This document shows, piece after piece, positions 52,299 to 61,709 of a stretch of 64,000 bases of DNA. This stretch comes from an uncultured Gemmatimonadales bacterium. Lineage in GTDB: Bacteria; Gemmatimonadota; Gemmatimonadetes; Gemmatimonadales; Gemmatimonadaceae. The DNA lies in the NCBI GenBank assembly GCA_963850905.1, contig CAWKMU010000003.1, forward strand, positions 2,464,001-2,528,000. The letters run 5' to 3'. The position numbers and the translations under genes are program-made. Positions within the stretch are counted from its first letter, which is position 1, and every line of letters begins with the position of its first letter. The notes under the pieces are model-generated. The model ran no database searches, was not told the origin of the DNA, and saw nothing but the letters and a program-made list of their open reading frames with translations.

Positions 52299-53888
52299 AT
52301 GACACACACACACATGACTCATATGTCCACCGATCAGAGCAGGGATCGCCGGTCGCACAGCCGTCTGGCGGTCGCCGTCGGTGCTATCGCCGCAATGGCG
52401 CTGCTCGCGGCGTGCTCCGATACCAACGTACCGTACTACACGGCGCCCACGTCGGTGTCGGAGTCGCCGGCAGGTATTCAGAACGCGGTGACCGGTGTCT
52501 TCGCGGCGACGCGTATCGATGTAGGGGGGATCGTCACCACGCTCTCAGCAGGGTACGCGCGCAATGGTGCGGTCTTCGAGAATACCGAAGCCCGGACCGT
52601 GCAATACCCGCTAGGCGTCTTGGCGACCCCAACGTCGAGCGGCGCCGTCTGGGGCCAGGAGTATCAGAACATCGTCCAGGCGCACCAAACAATGCAGGCG
52701 CTGCCGGGCGTGGCCCCGGCGTACACGTCAGCGCAGCTTGGGGCGCTGAATGGTGTGTTGCAGACGGTGATCGCGTACAACTACATGCTCATGGCCGAAG
52801 CGCACGACACCCTGGGGATCGCGATCATGGGTCCGGATATCGCAAGCGCGCCCTCCCCAGGGTATTGCAACAAGGACGCGTGGGCGTACATCGTCGCGTT
52901 GCTCGATTCGGCCAACACGAATCTCACCACAGGCGGCTCCACGGCGATTCCGGTGCAGCTCCCGAAGGGTTTTGCCGCGCTCAGCGTGGCGGGCCCGAGC
53001 ACGACGGTTGGCACGTTTGCCTCATTCAACCGGGCGCTGGCAGCCAAGGCGAATCTGGAGATGGCGTACGCGATCGCACGAACCACCAAGGGTAGTTCCC
53101 CGGACACAGCGAGCCCCGGGTCTCCCGATCCAGCTGCGTTGACGGCCGCGATGACGGCACTCACTGCGTCGGCCCTGTACAACCCGGCTCAGCTCGCGCC
53201 GGACCCGTCCGGGGGCTTCAGCCCCGGGCCCTTCGTGATTACTCACGACTACAGTGCCAATTCGGGTGACCTTACAAACCCGATCAAGGCAGAATTGGGC
53301 GACCTGGCGCTACTCAACGATTTCGTGGTGTCCGTGGACACCATCAACGATCTTCGGTGGAAGGCGAAGGTTGGCCCGAACCCCAACCCAGTCCAGCAAC
53401 AGCTCTACAATCCGGTGACCTCGAAGTACATCCCCACGATGTACACGTCCACCAACGCCTCCATTCCGATCCTCCGTGAAGTGCAGCTCGTACTGTGGCA
53501 CGCACAGATCTTGATGGGGCAGGCGAACTACGCGGGTGCTCTGGCCGACGTCAATCTGGTCAGGACAACCGTGGGTGGGCCGGGTCTCACGCCCTATCCG
53601 GCATCGGACGCGACCGCGGGGAATCCCTACGTGCAGGTGCGGAACGACCTCCTGAAGGAGCAACGGATCTCGACCACTTTTGAGTCGAGCGCCGACCGGA
53701 CGATCTCGCTTCGCATGTACGGGCTCGCGGCGGCTGCCGACACAACGTGGGGCGTGAACGGCGTACTCCCTCACGGTGGCACGGAAGACCCGCTCGTCAC
53801 GGTCAACGACACCCACACCACGATCGAGCCCATTCCGCTGACGGAGCTGACGGCTCGCGGCGGGACGTTCACGACGACGTGTAAGTAA
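52299..53888 (+). CDS. susD: SusD/RagB-like outer membrane lipoprotein
   Basis: Directly follows susC. Lipobox LLAA-C, C-terminal PILR.V..VL..A, AL..VN.VR, L.EQR and PIP..E. Alternative ATGs at 52314 and 52323. Confidence 0.85.
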   Translation: MTHTHMTHMSTDQSRDRRSHSRLAVAVGAIAAMALLAACSDTNVPYYTAPTSVSESPAGIQNAVTGVFAATRIDVGGIVTTLSAGYARNGAVFENTEARTVQYPLGVLATPTSSGAVWGQEYQNIVQAHQTMQALPGVAPAYTSAQLGALNGVLQTVIAYNYMLMAEAHDTLGIAIMGPDIASAPSPGYCNKDAWAYIVALLDSANTNLTTGGSTAIPVQLPKGFAALSVAGPSTTVGTFASFNRALAAKANLEMAYAIARTTKGSSPDTASPGSPDPAALTAAMTALTASALYNPAQLAPDPSGGFSPGPFVITHDYSANSGDLTNPIKAELGDLALLNDFVVSVDTINDLRWKAKVGPNPNPVQQQLYNPVTSKYIPTMYTSTNASIPILREVQLVLWHAQILMGQANYAGALADVNLVRTTVGGPGLTPYPASDATAGNPYVQVRNDLLKEQRISTTFESSADRTISLRMYGLAAAADTTWGVNGVLPHGGTEDPLVTVNDTHTTIEPIPLTELTARGGTFTTTCK

Positions 53889-53893
53889 GAAAA

Positions 53894-54015
53894 TTGGACG
53901 TTAGACGTTAGGCGTTGGACGCTGGAGACAAACCTCGGGGGCCAGCTACGGTGCGTTTAGCTGGCCCCCGAGGTTTTCCTTCCAACGTCTAACGTCTAGC
54001 GTCCAACGTCCAGCG
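53894..54015. repeat. Palindromic element, copy 1: inverted heptamer arrays flanking a 19-bp perfect hairpin
   Basis: Left arm TTGGACG TTAGACG TTAGGCG TTGGACG CTGGA. Stem AAACCTCGGGGGCCAGCTA (53930-53948), 9-nt loop, TAGCTGGCCCCCGAGGTTT (53958-53976). Right arm TCCAA CGTCTAA CGTCTAG CGTCCAA CGTCCAG CG. Confidence 0.92.
53930..53981. terminator. Probable bidirectional intrinsic terminator between convergent susD and hypothetical gene
   Basis: GC-rich stem with TTTT on the + side and AAA on the left, between convergent stops. Confidence 0.6.
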
Positions 54016-54017
54016 CC

Positions 54018-54692
54018 TCAGGGTATCGCGCCGGCCGCCGAGTCCTTGTGGTGCGTCAGCTGCAACCGCGCGGCTACCGACAGGGAATCCTTTCGCCGGC
54101 TGGCCTCGCGTAAGGCCTTGGCCGCCAGCGCCGCCGGGCACTTCGGGTCCGCCCGCTCGTACCCCGCCTGCACCGCCGCGGCCCGCCGCACCGCGTCGAG
54201 GAACTGGTGCGCCGCTCCACACGGCACGTCCGCACGCACGTGATTCAGGTTCGCACCATCCACGAAAAACAACGAGCAGGGCGCCGTACTGTCCGACACC
54301 ACACGGTCCAGCGCCGCACCGTTGTGCGTGCTGTCCTGCAGCATCCCGCTCGATAACGTGACCGGCTCGTGGTGCGATGCCACGCTGTCCACATGCAGCG
54401 CGCTGTCCGGCGCACTCAGTACGCGGGATCCCGAGTCCGCCCAGCTCTCCGCCACCTCAGTCAACACCGCCGACAACTGCACGTGATCCGGTGGCTTGCC
54501 AGCCGAGATCTCGAGCCCGCGGTCAGAGGCGGCGCTCACCTCCACGTACACGCCGTTCAGCATCGCGCGGTAGACCTGTTGCTGCTGCACCTCCTGCGAC
54601 CGCGCGGAACTCCCGATCAGGGTGCACGCAACTATCGCGAGCCCGTACCGGCGAACGCTGCGACCGAGTCCCTCCGAGCGACAATGCACCAC
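54018..54692 (-). CDS. Hypothetical exported protein
   Basis: Signal-peptide-like N-terminus (RYGLAIVACTLIGSSARSQ). Co-oriented just downstream of the heptose kinase. Confidence 0.6.
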   Translation of the reverse strand: MVHCRSEGLGRSVRRYGLAIVACTLIGSSARSQEVQQQQVYRAMLNGVYVEVSAASDRGLEISAGKPPDHVQLSAVLTEVAESWADSGSRVLSAPDSALHVDSVASHHEPVTLSSGMLQDSTHNGAALDRVVSDSTAPCSLFFVDGANLNHVRADVPCGAAHQFLDAVRRAAAVQAGYERADPKCPAALAAKALREASRRKDSLSVAARLQLTHHKDSAAGAIP

Positions 54693-54725
54693 CCGTCAAA
54701 GATCGCTGCCTGGCACGGCCGCACG

Positions 54726-55721
54726 CTAGCGGGGCTCGGCTGCCTCACCGTGCGCCGCCAGCACCTCATCCGCAGAAACGGTTGCCGCACCCGCCTTTCC
54801 AACCTCCACGCCGGCCGCGTAGTTGGCCACAATGGCAGCTTCGAGCGGCGTCGCGCCCGCCGCCAACATGATCGCCAGGAACGCCGTCACCGTGTCCCCA
54901 GCCCCCACGACGTCGTACACCGCTCGGGCCGTCGTCGGGACCCGGTCCGTCCGCCCGCTCGGGTCCACCAGCGCCATCCCATGTTCGCCCAGCGTCAGCA
55001 GCAAGTGCTGCACGCCAAGCCGCTCCAACGCATCATGTAAGGCACGCGGCGAGTCCAGCTCCACGGCCGCGCCGAGTGCGGCCTCCAGCTCGCGCCGGTT
55101 CGGCTTGAATACGGTCGCTCCCCGGTACCGGAAAAAGTTGCGGTACTTGGGGTCCACCACCACCGGGATACCCCGCGCCGCCGCGCTCTGCATCGCCGCG
55201 TCGATCACCGGCGCGACCAGCACACCCTTGTTGTAGTCCTCGAGAATCACCGCGTCCGCGTCGGTCACCGCGCGCCGCACAGCCGCCAGCATCAGCTCGA
55301 CTTCCGCCCCCGTCATGTCGCCGTCGTCTTCCTCGTCGACGCGCACGACTTGCTGCGCCCTCGCCACAATCCGCGTCTTGGTCGTCGTCGGCCGCTCCAC
55401 AGCGATCAGCGAGCGGCCCTCCGCTCCCAACGCGCCGAGCAGCGACCGCACGGTCTGCGCGGCGGCGTCGCGACCGAGCCCCGCCACGAGCTCGCACTGC
55501 GCCCCGAAGGCGATGACGTTGTGTGCCACGTTGGCCGCCCCGCCCAGCGCGTGCGTGCGCTCTCGCACCCGCAGGACCGGCACGGGGGCCTCAGGCGAGA
55601 TGCGCTCGACGTCGCCGCGCACGTACACGTCGAGCATCGCGTCGCCTACGACGGCCACGCGCACGCCACGAGCGGTGCCGAGGAGCGCTTCCAAGCGCGC
55701 GCGCGAAAGAGACGGAGGCAT
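54726..55721 (-). CDS. rfaE1: D-glycero-beta-D-manno-heptose-7-phosphate kinase (RfaE domain I/HldA, PfkB family)
   Basis: Motifs VVGDAMLD.YV.G.VERISPEAPVPV, GGAANVA, EDYNKG, VDPK, KPN..E and DVVGAGDT. No adenylyltransferase domain. Confidence 0.92.
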   Translation of the reverse strand: MPPSLSRARLEALLGTARGVRVAVVGDAMLDVYVRGDVERISPEAPVPVLRVRERTHALGGAANVAHNVIAFGAQCELVAGLGRDAAAQTVRSLLGALGAEGRSLIAVERPTTTKTRIVARAQQVVRVDEEDDGDMTGAEVELMLAAVRRAVTDADAVILEDYNKGVLVAPVIDAAMQSAAARGIPVVVDPKYRNFFRYRGATVFKPNRRELEAALGAAVELDSPRALHDALERLGVQHLLLTLGEHGMALVDPSGRTDRVPTTARAVYDVVGAGDTVTAFLAIMLAAGATPLEAAIVANYAAGVEVGKAGAATVSADEVLAAHGEAAEPR

Positions 55722-55761
55722 GCCCCATGCTAAGGTACGAGGCCCCCTCAACCGGGTCAAT

Positions 55762-56583
55762 TTGACGTCTTCCTCCCTCGCTCGCCTCAACGCCGAAGCC
55801 AAGTTGGCAGTGTTCGCGATCCAGGAGCGCGCCCTGCTCACCTGGAACGCCGTGCGCTTCATCGGCGCCCGCCCCTTCTATGCCTCGGACGTCGTGCAGC
55901 AGATGGACGCGATCGGGGTCCAGTCGCTGTTCATTGTCGTACTGACAGGGTTCTTCACTGGGATGGTCCTGGCCCTCCAATCGTCGGTCAGCCTCGAGAC
56001 CTTCGGCGCGACGATCTACCTGGGCCACCTGGTCGCCGCGTCCATGATCCGGGAGCTGGGTCCGGTCCTCGCGGGGCTCATGGTCGCCGGCCGCGTCGGC
56101 TCCGGCATCGCCGCCGAAATCGGCTCGATGCGCGTCACCGAGCAGATCGATGCGCTCCACACACTCGGCACGGACCCGATCAAGAAGCTGGTGACGCCGC
56201 GTCTGCTCGCCGCCCTGGTGATGCTCCCCGTGCTCACGGTCATCAACGATCTGGTCGGCATCGTCGGAGGGAATGTCATCGCGTCCCTCTCCGTCGGCGT
56301 TCCCAGCTCGCTCTACTGGCGCACAGTGTGGGACCAGATCGCAGCCGACGGCTTCACCCTCCGCGTCATTCCGAACGACTTCATACAGGGACTGTCCAAG
56401 CCTTTTGTCTTCGGTGGCATCATCGCCATCACCGCCTGCTACTACGGCCTCACCACGACCGGCGGGACGGAAGGCGTTGGACAGAGCACGACGCGCACCG
56501 TCGTCGCCGCCAGCATCTCTATCCTCATCGTCGACTACTTCATGACGCAGATGCTGCTCGCGTTCTTCTCCGCAGGTCCATGA
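55762..56583 (+). CDS. mlaE: MlaE family ABC transporter permease
   Basis: Motifs FTGMVLALQ, RELGPVL.GL.VAGRVGSGIAAEIGSM.VTEQIDAL and GVG.STT.TVV. TTG start is inferred. Confidence 0.93.
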   Translation: MTSSSLARLNAEAKLAVFAIQERALLTWNAVRFIGARPFYASDVVQQMDAIGVQSLFIVVLTGFFTGMVLALQSSVSLETFGATIYLGHLVAASMIRELGPVLAGLMVAGRVGSGIAAEIGSMRVTEQIDALHTLGTDPIKKLVTPRLLAALVMLPVLTVINDLVGIVGGNVIASLSVGVPSSLYWRTVWDQIAADGFTLRVIPNDFIQGLSKPFVFGGIIAITACYYGLTTTGGTEGVGQSTTRTVVAASISILIVDYFMTQMLLAFFSAGP

Positions 56584-57473
56584 CCGGTAGCCGCGGCATG
56601 TGGGGCGATGACCCGCGGGCTCGACGCGCACGCGCCGCCATGCGTCGCGAACTGCGACAGGACGAGGCCACGGCTGCCGCTGAAACCGCCCTGGCCACCG
56701 CGCACCCCAGCGCCGCGCGTCGCACCCCGCCATCGAGCGATATACCGGTCATCGCGCTCGAAGGGGTCTCCCTCGCCTTTGATCAGCCGGTCCTCGAGGA
56801 CGTATCCCTCGAGCTGTATCGGGGCGAAACGGTCGTCATCGTCGGCGAATCCGGAACCGGAAAGTCGACGATACTCAAGCTCGTGCTCCGTCTCCTCATC
56901 CCGGACAATGGGCGGGTCCTGATCAACGGTCGCGACGTCGTCGGACTGAGCTTCGACGCCGCGCTGATGGAGCGACAGCGCATCGGGATGGTGTTCCAGG
57001 GCGCAGCATTGTTCGACTCGATGTCGGTGTATGAGAACGTCGCCTACCCGCTGCGCGAGCACACCACACTGACGGAGGAGGAGATCGAGCGGACGGTGCG
57101 TCAGAAGCTGGCGTTCGTCGACCTGGACCCGGATGCGGTCATGAGCCGACTGCCGGCCGAGCTGTCGGGTGGTATGAAGAAACGAGTCGGCATCGCCCGC
57201 GGGCTGGCCAAGGACCCGGAGGTCATGCTCTACGACGAGCCGACCTCGGGCCTCGATCCGCTCACGACCGGCACCATCACCCGATTGATCATGAAGCTCC
57301 AGCGCGAGCTGCACGTGACCAGTCTCGTCGTCTCCCACGACATCCGATCAGCCAATCGCATGGCCAGTGCGATCGCGATCCTGGCCGATCACCGGATCGT
57401 GTTCTTCGGGACACCAGAGGAAATGGCAGCGAGCGACGACCGGTACATCCGCGACTTCCTGGGTGGGCTCTGA
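56580..57473 (+). CDS. mlaF: MlaF family ABC transporter ATPase
   Basis: Motifs GESGTGKS, FQGAALFDS, LSGGMKKRVGIAR, YDEPTSGLDP and SHD. Confidence 0.93.
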   Translation: MTGSRGMWGDDPRARRARAAMRRELRQDEATAAAETALATAHPSAARRTPPSSDIPVIALEGVSLAFDQPVLEDVSLELYRGETVVIVGESGTGKSTILKLVLRLLIPDNGRVLINGRDVVGLSFDAALMERQRIGMVFQGAALFDSMSVYENVAYPLREHTTLTEEEIERTVRQKLAFVDLDPDAVMSRLPAELSGGMKKRVGIARGLAKDPEVMLYDEPTSGLDPLTTGTITRLIMKLQRELHVTSLVVSHDIRSANRMASAIAILADHRIVFFGTPEEMAASDDRYIRDFLGGL

Positions 57474-57527
57474 GATGCCCGCGCCACTGGGTGACGCAGT
57501 TACGAGGCCCGAACCCCCGCTGAGCCA

Positions 57528-58505
57528 ATGAAGCGATCCGTCGGCATTACCTGGGACGAGCTCCGGGTCGGCCTGCTGGTGCTCGTGGCGGCCGGCACCC
57601 TCTTCACGGCGATCTACAAGTTGGGCGAAACCTCCAACCTGTTCACCAAGCGCTACACGCTCTACGTCTTCCTGCCCAACGCGCGCGGCATCAGTCGCGG
57701 CGGATCGGTGACGATCGACGGCGTCGTCGCGGGCACGATCAACGACGTCCGATTCCTCCCGGTCAGCAACGACACCACCCGCAATCTGCGCCTGTCCCTG
57801 TCCATCGACCGGCGGCTCCAGCCGCAGGTCCGCGCCGACAGCCGCGCCTCCCTCCGCTCCCTCGGCTTGCTCGGCGACAAGATCCTCGACATCAACTCAG
57901 GAACCCCTCGCTACAACATGCTGCAACCGGGAGACACGATCCCCGTCGTCCCCTCGGTCGACGTCGACGAAGTGATCGCGCAAGCCTCGAGTGTCGTGCA
58001 AGACCTCGTGCAGCTGACCGGCGACATCAAGTCGATCACCGGCGGCATTGTGCGCGGCGACGGGACGATGGGTCAGCTGGTGACCAATCGCTCGCTGTAC
58101 GACCAGCTGACGGGCACCCTCACCCGCGTGAACAACCTCCTGGGTCGCTTCGAGAATCCGCACGGAACGGTCGGGCGGCTGATTGACGATCCGCAGCTGT
58201 ATACGAGCCTGGTCGCCGCTGTCGCTGGCGTCGACTCGGTCATTCGGCAGCTCAATCGGCGGCAGGGCACTGTGGGCCACTTGCTCTACGACGACACGCT
58301 GTACGCGCACCTGCTCGCCACGACGGACGGCGCAGACTCCCTTCTGCGCAGGCTGAACAGCGGCCAGGGCTCGGTCGGGAAGATGCTCCGCGATCAGGAG
58401 CTCTACGACCAGCTCACGCACGCGATCGCCTCGCTCAATGCCGTGCTCCTCGACATGAAGCAGAACCCGGGTCGGTACACCCATGGGATGGTCCGGGTGT
58501 TTTGA
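57528..58505 (+). CDS. mlaD: MlaD/MCE family protein with helical C-terminal repeats
   Basis: N-terminal TM, MCE domain (G..V...GV..G.I, GLLGDK) and repeated GT.G.L..D..LY units. Confidence 0.9.
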   Translation: MKRSVGITWDELRVGLLVLVAAGTLFTAIYKLGETSNLFTKRYTLYVFLPNARGISRGGSVTIDGVVAGTINDVRFLPVSNDTTRNLRLSLSIDRRLQPQVRADSRASLRSLGLLGDKILDINSGTPRYNMLQPGDTIPVVPSVDVDEVIAQASSVVQDLVQLTGDIKSITGGIVRGDGTMGQLVTNRSLYDQLTGTLTRVNNLLGRFENPHGTVGRLIDDPQLYTSLVAAVAGVDSVIRQLNRRQGTVGHLLYDDTLYAHLLATTDGADSLLRRLNSGQGSVGKMLRDQELYDQLTHAIASLNAVLLDMKQNPGRYTHGMVRVF

Positions 58506-58509
58506 GAGG

Positions 58510-58616
58510 CTGGACGCCAGACGCTGGACGCTAGAACAACCGCGAGGCCAGCTAAATGGTCCGTGCCTAGGCTCGTGGTTTCTTCTCAGCGTCCAGCGTC
58601 TAGCGTCAAGCGTCTG
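58510..58616. repeat. Palindromic element, copy 2 (degenerate)
   Basis: Left arm CTGGACG CCAGACG CTGGACG CTAGA. Core AACCGCGAGGCCAGCTA...CTCGTGGTT. Right arm CAG CGTCCAG CGTCTAG CGTCAAG CGTCTG. Shares heptamers and the AACC.CG.GGCCAGCTA core with copy 1. Confidence 0.85.
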
Positions 58617-58663
58617 CCCTCCTCAATGACGTCTCGCTGCCGCGTCCCAGCTAGACTTCACCC

Positions 58664-59683
58664 ATGTTCATCGACCGCGTGGTGGTCCACGTTGAGGCGG
58701 GCACCGGCGGGTCCGGCGCGGCGTCGTTCCGCCGGGAATGGCGGGTGCCGATGGGTGGGCCGGACGGCGGCGATGGTGGCCGCGGTGGCGACGTGTTTGT
58801 CCAGGCCGACGCCAATCTGAGCACCCTGCTCGATTACACCTATCGAGATAGCTGGTCGGCCGAGCGCGGCGAGCACGGAATGGGCAGCAACAAAACCGGC
58901 CGCTCGGGCATCGACATCGTCATGCCGGTACCGCCGGGGACGGTCGTGATCGACAACGCATCCGGCGAAAGGGTCGGCGAGGTCCTCGACGATCGCGAAC
59001 GGCTCCTCGTCGCTCGGGGCGGTCGTGGCGGGCGGGGCAACGCGTTTTTCGCCACGTCGACGCATCAGTCCCCGCGCGAGTGGCAGCCAGGCGAGTCCGG
59101 CGAGCAGCGCACGCTGACGCTCGAGCTCAAGCTCATCGCCGACGTCGGTCTGGTCGGCCCACCCAACGCCGGGAAATCGACGCTGCTATCGGTGATCTCC
59201 GCCGCGCGCCCCAAGATCGCCGACTATCCGTTCACGACCCTATCCCCCAACCTGGGCGTCGTGGCGTTGAGCGACCACCGCACCTTCGTGGTCGCCGACA
59301 TCCCGGGGATCATCGAGGGCGCTCACGAGGGACGCGGGCTCGGCCTCCACTTCCTGCGTCACATCGAGCGCACACGGCTGCTCGCGCTCCTGATTCCAAT
59401 CGATGCGCTCGACCTGCAGGCCGAGTACGACGCGCTGCGCCACGAGCTCGCCGCGTATTCGCCGGCCCTGCTCGCCAAACCGCATTGCGTGGTGCTCACG
59501 AAAATGGATCTCTGGGGCGATGACCCGCCGCCCCCCGTTGACGCGCCCGATGCATTCGCGACGTTCGCGATCAGCGCGCCAGCGCGTCAGGGACTCGACA
59601 CGCTCCTCCGCGGCTGGTGGGACGAGTTGATGAGCATCCGTCAGCGCGAGCGCGGCCCGACCGAGCGCGTGTCGATGCCGTGA
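58664..59683 (+). CDS. obgE: GTPase ObgE/CgtA
   Basis: Motifs MFIDRV...AG.GG.G, GGPDGGDGG.GG, LELKLIADVGLVG.PNAGKST and YPFTTL.PNLG. Confidence 0.97.
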   Translation: MFIDRVVVHVEAGTGGSGAASFRREWRVPMGGPDGGDGGRGGDVFVQADANLSTLLDYTYRDSWSAERGEHGMGSNKTGRSGIDIVMPVPPGTVVIDNASGERVGEVLDDRERLLVARGGRGGRGNAFFATSTHQSPREWQPGESGEQRTLTLELKLIADVGLVGPPNAGKSTLLSVISAARPKIADYPFTTLSPNLGVVALSDHRTFVVADIPGIIEGAHEGRGLGLHFLRHIERTRLLALLIPIDALDLQAEYDALRHELAAYSPALLAKPHCVVLTKMDLWGDDPPPPVDAPDAFATFAISAPARQGLDTLLRGWWDELMSIRQRERGPTERVSMP

Positions 59684-59686
59684 GCG

Positions 59687-60547
59687 ATGTCTAGCGACCT
59701 CCACACCTGGGCCCGCGGGACCCCGCCATATCCGAGCGCTCTTCTCGACCTCCGCAACGCGCCCGACCCGCTCTACGCCGTTGGCGACGCTCGGGTGCTC
59801 GATCGGCAGGTGATCGCCATCATCGGCGCGCGTCACGCCACACCGACGAGTCTTGCCTTTGCCAGACGCACCGCCCGAATGCTCGCACGCGCGGGCGCCT
59901 GCGTCGTGAGCGGACTGGCCATGGGCGTCGACGCAGCGGCCCACACGGGCGCCCTCGAGGGAGGTAACGGACGGACCTGCGCCGTACTGGGAGGCGGCAT
60001 CGATGCGGGCGTACCAGCCTGCAACCGTGGACTTCGCGAACGTATTGCCACCGATGGACTCCTCCTCTCGGAGTGGACGCTTGGGGTTCGCCCCGACCGC
60101 TGGATGTTTCCGCATCGCAATCGCCTGATCGCCGCACTCGCGCGGGCCACCGTCGTGGTCGAGGCAAGCGCCACGAGCGGGGCCTTGCACACCGTGCACG
60201 CCGCGATCGATCTCGATCGAACGATCGGCGTCGTACCAGGTCCGGTCGATACCGCGGCGTTTCGCGGATCCAACGCGCTGCTCCATCACCCGGGGGCGTG
60301 CGTCATCGTGGAAGCTGAGGACGCGCTCGCGCTGCTGAGCCCACGGGTCGAGGTGACTGCGCCGCCACCCGATTTTTCCGACGACGAGGCGTCCGTGTGG
60401 GACGTGTTGGCGAATGGCGCCGCGGACGTTGACACGATCTCGATCCGTGCGCACTTGCCGACCACTCGCTGCCTCGCGGCGATCACCGCACTCGAGCTTG
60501 CGGGAGCTGTGGAGTGCGACGCGACCGGCGAGATCCGCCGTCGGTGA
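59687..60547 (+). CDS. dprA: DNA-processing protein DprA
   Basis: Motifs YP..L..L..AP..LY, VVSGLA.GVD.AAH, FP.RNRLIAAL and VVEA...SGAL.T. C-terminal winged helix. Confidence 0.93.
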   Translation: MSSDLHTWARGTPPYPSALLDLRNAPDPLYAVGDARVLDRQVIAIIGARHATPTSLAFARRTARMLARAGACVVSGLAMGVDAAAHTGALEGGNGRTCAVLGGGIDAGVPACNRGLRERIATDGLLLSEWTLGVRPDRWMFPHRNRLIAALARATVVVEASATSGALHTVHAAIDLDRTIGVVPGPVDTAAFRGSNALLHHPGACVIVEAEDALALLSPRVEVTAPPPDFSDDEASVWDVLANGAADVDTISIRAHLPTTRCLAAITALELAGAVECDATGEIRRR

Positions 60548-61696
60548 TGCGCGAGCAGCAGTACGCGGCGTTGTCACAGCGACCGCGACACGTGTACGTC
60601 CACGTGCCGTTCTGCGCTCGCCGCTGCTCCTACTGCGACTTCGCCATCGCGGTGCGGCGTCACGTGCCGGTCGACACGTATGTCGAGACGGTCGCCCGCG
60701 AAGTGGCGCTGCGATTTCCCGACGACGAACAACCGTGGCCGGTTCGAAGCGTGTACCTGGGTGGCGGGACACCATCCGCCCTCGGCGCCCGCGGTGTGCG
60801 GCAATTACTCGACGTCCTGCGCGCCCGCTTCACACTGGACCCCGGCGCTGAAATCACGCTCGAGGCAAACCCGGAGGATGTGACGGAGGCGGCAAGCGCC
60901 GCCTGGGTCTCCGCCGGCATCAATCGCGTGTCGATCGGCGCCCAGTCATTCGACCCCACCGCGCTCGCGTGGATGCATCGGAGCCACACGCCCGCCCGGG
61001 TTACCGAGGCCGTCCGTGCGGTCCGCAGTGCCGGCATCGCGAACGTTTCCCTGGATCTGATCTTCGCGCTCCCCTCTAGCCTGGGTCGCTCCTGGGCAGC
61101 CGATCTGGAGACGCTGGCGTCGCTCTCACCTGAGCACGTGTCCGTCTATGGGCTTACTGTCGAGTCCGGCACGCCGGTGGCTCGCTGGATCGCCCGGGGG
61201 ACGGTCGCAGAGGCGCCGGAGGAGTCGTATGAGACCGAATACCTCGCCGCCCACGACCTGCTCACAACTGCGGGGTATGAACACTATGAAGTTTCGAATT
61301 TTGCACGCCCGGGGTATCGCGCTTGCCATAATGGGGCTTACTGGGCAGGCGTCCCCTACGCTGGGCTCGGGCCGGCGGCGCATGGGTTCGACGGCACGAC
61401 TAGGCGGTGGAACCTGCCGGGATACACACAGTGGCAGGGCGCGGTCGCGAAGGGCTCTGATCCCGTGGCTGGGGCGGAGCGGCTGACACCCGAAAATCGT
61501 GTGTCCGAGCGGGCATACCTCGAGTTGCGAACGGTGGAAGGAACGGTCTTGACTGACAGGGAACGAGCGTTGACGCAGCAGTGGATCCAGGCTGGCTGGG
61601 CCCGGTCGACACCGGTTGGGCTCGTGCTCACGGCATCTCGGCTGGCTCCGTTTGGACAGCTTGGCGGTCGCATTGGCGAACGTCCGAACTCAATAG
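60547..61696 (+). CDS. hemW: Radical SAM heme chaperone HemW (probable indel near 61638)
   Basis: Motifs YVHVPFCARRCSYCDF, YLGGGTPS, EANP, YEVSNFA and HN..YW. The shifted frame gives the expected GWLRLDSL...* end at 61696. Confidence 0.93.
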
Positions 61697-61709
61697 TATT
61701 TTTGAACTT

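Noticed and set aside
53894..54015. Short repeats as a possible CRISPR array
   Set aside because: Units are 7-nt tandem repeats with no unique spacers, and there are no cas genes in the window.
58060..58420. Repeated GT.G.L..D..LY units in mlaD as a novel repeat
   Set aside because: This is a common helical repeat of long MCE proteins.
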